DNA of 44,018 nucleotides from Perkinsus chesapeaki ATCC PRA-425 (Eukaryota; Protista; Perkinsozoa): NCBI GenBank assembly GCA_013115145.1, contig JAAPAO010000276.1, positions 1 to 44,018 of the forward strand, read 5' to 3'. Shown piece by piece: positions 42,637 to 44,018 of this stretch (position 1 is its first letter; each line of letters starts with the position of its first letter). The notes under the pieces were generated by a model. It saw only the letters and a program-made list of their open reading frames with translations, ran no database searches and was not told where the DNA came from. The position numbers and the translations under genes were made by a program.

Positions 42637-44018
42637 CTACCCCCCTTCAAAACGCTGCGGTGGAAGCTCGACGAAAATGTTTACCTTTATGAACATCGGG
42701 CAGTAAGTTGATGGAGCTCGAGATACCATCTTGTGCTCCTCCACGTCCACTTCGACAACTTCACAATGAAAGCTATATGCTACCCAATTGAAGAAGGACG
42801 ATAGGAGAGATGCAACATCTGAAACAAAGTACACAAAATCGGACAAATACCACACGCGCCGAGACGATGTATTTATATGAATCATTGGTACTACAGATTG
42901 GCAGACCGTGTTTGAGGCCAAAATTTCGAGCGCCGATGTCACGTCTCCTACCACTTGGTGGTTGGCCATTCGAGCACATAACTCAAATACACTACATATT
43001 CCCGAATTAAACTACGACTTGCCGCCTCGGCCACGTTAGCAGTCGAGCTTGTATAGTCGATTCTATTAAAGGAGCAGCCAAGCTTTGAGTGTGTGCTAGA
43101 GTAATGACATCGGCCCTTCTAGCCTCAGTGCTGCGGCGAAAGCTGCGGAGCCTGCGGAGGACCGGATAGGCTCCATTGGAGCATATCCACGCTCAGATAG
43201 GAGGCGTTTCCTCGAACCGTAATCTCAGGTCCATTATCGTCCTGTCCAACTAACCTAGATGCGTGAGAAGTAGACGAACCCACACGATAAACTTCTAGAA
43301 GATTCGTGATCTTTGACGACGCTGAACCAACCAGTTGCTCAGCTTCAGTAAATCGGTAGCATCCTGGACTCCCACTACCGAGCCATTGATGTTCACTTCG
43401 TATCTCATTGCCGATGATGGGGCCCAGTTCCGCGCAGTCCATATAAGTGAACGGAGCAATGTGAAGTGGTTTTCAGTGACGAGGGAGAGGAGAGAACTCA
43501 GGAGGCATGCCTTGTGGACATTCCCAGCACTCCGGACTGAACAGCCCTTCCACGGAAGATCTGTGTACGATTCCTGTGGAAATATGTGACAGATCTCAAC
43601 CAGGAATAGAAGAGATTCTCGTTTGAAAAGACGTGTAGCACGGGCACCAGGGCTGCTTCCTCCGCAGCCTTCATTGCAAGGAGATAAAAGGCTGCTTTAA
43701 CAACAAATACTGCCGTCCGTCCAGCATCGTTTTTGAAGACCTCATTGAGATCATCTTCAGCAGAGATGAAGGCTGCTAAGGGGATCTTGGTCGTGCCAAG
43801 CGGAATCTCTCACTGGGTTCAACGAAATTCGTTACGGACGATGTCACTCCCAAGTCAAGTGGCACGCCAATACAGTCCTCCAAATTAACTTAGGATATCA
43901 CGTTTTTGTGACCATTCTCTGCCAGATTTGCGACTCTATGCCCAAAACTCAGAGAGTCTCGTTCTAACATGGCCTTCAATATACCACCGAAGTTTCAGCG
44001 CCTAACACTCACTGGTTA
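42637..44018 (-). CDS. Hypothetical multi-exon protein, probably truncated by the window end
   Basis: Exon-like segments EIPLGTTKIPLAAFISAEDDLNEVFKTMLDG, FTEAEQLVGSASSKITNLLEVYRVG and DVASLLSSFFNWVAYSFHCEVVEVDVEEHKM|VNIFVELPPQRFEGG*. No family recognised. Confidence 0.35.

Noticed and set aside
1-44018. CRISPR arrays, rRNA, intact tRNA, telomeric repeats, prokaryotic operons
   Set aside because: None seen; the sequence is intron-rich eukaryotic DNA with no regularly spaced repeats.

Overview
Eukaryotic, gene-dense DNA with many short GT-AG introns. The gene content and intron style suggest a Perkinsus-like alveolate (inference, no search run). The supplied ORF track is mostly exon fragments and antisense shadows, so I spliced genes by hand. 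From left to right: (1) about 3.6 kb of decayed, probably TE-derived DNA rich in perfect palindromes; (2) two tandem secreted S10 serine-carboxypeptidase-like genes with aberrant nucleophile motifs, separated by a likely pseudogene copy of the neighbouring RRM gene; (3) a mostly minus-strand run of an RRM protein, FUN14, a dead MULE transposase, a 2OG-Fe(II) dioxygenase, a hypothetical gene, CWC27 and PHB2; (4) a plus-strand helical/BAR-like protein with two SH3 domains; (5) an intronless island of three secreted proteins, one with three 6-Cys repeats and two paralogous ~545-aa proteins with a putative ependymin/LolA-like N-domain, RRL-type linker and beta-rich W/K-tailed C-domain; (6) hypothetical genes and MRPL12. 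The strongest leads are the intronless secreted island (32.1-36.5 kb), a window-wide excess of perfect inverted repeats centred on one unpaired base, and the divergent S10 active sites.
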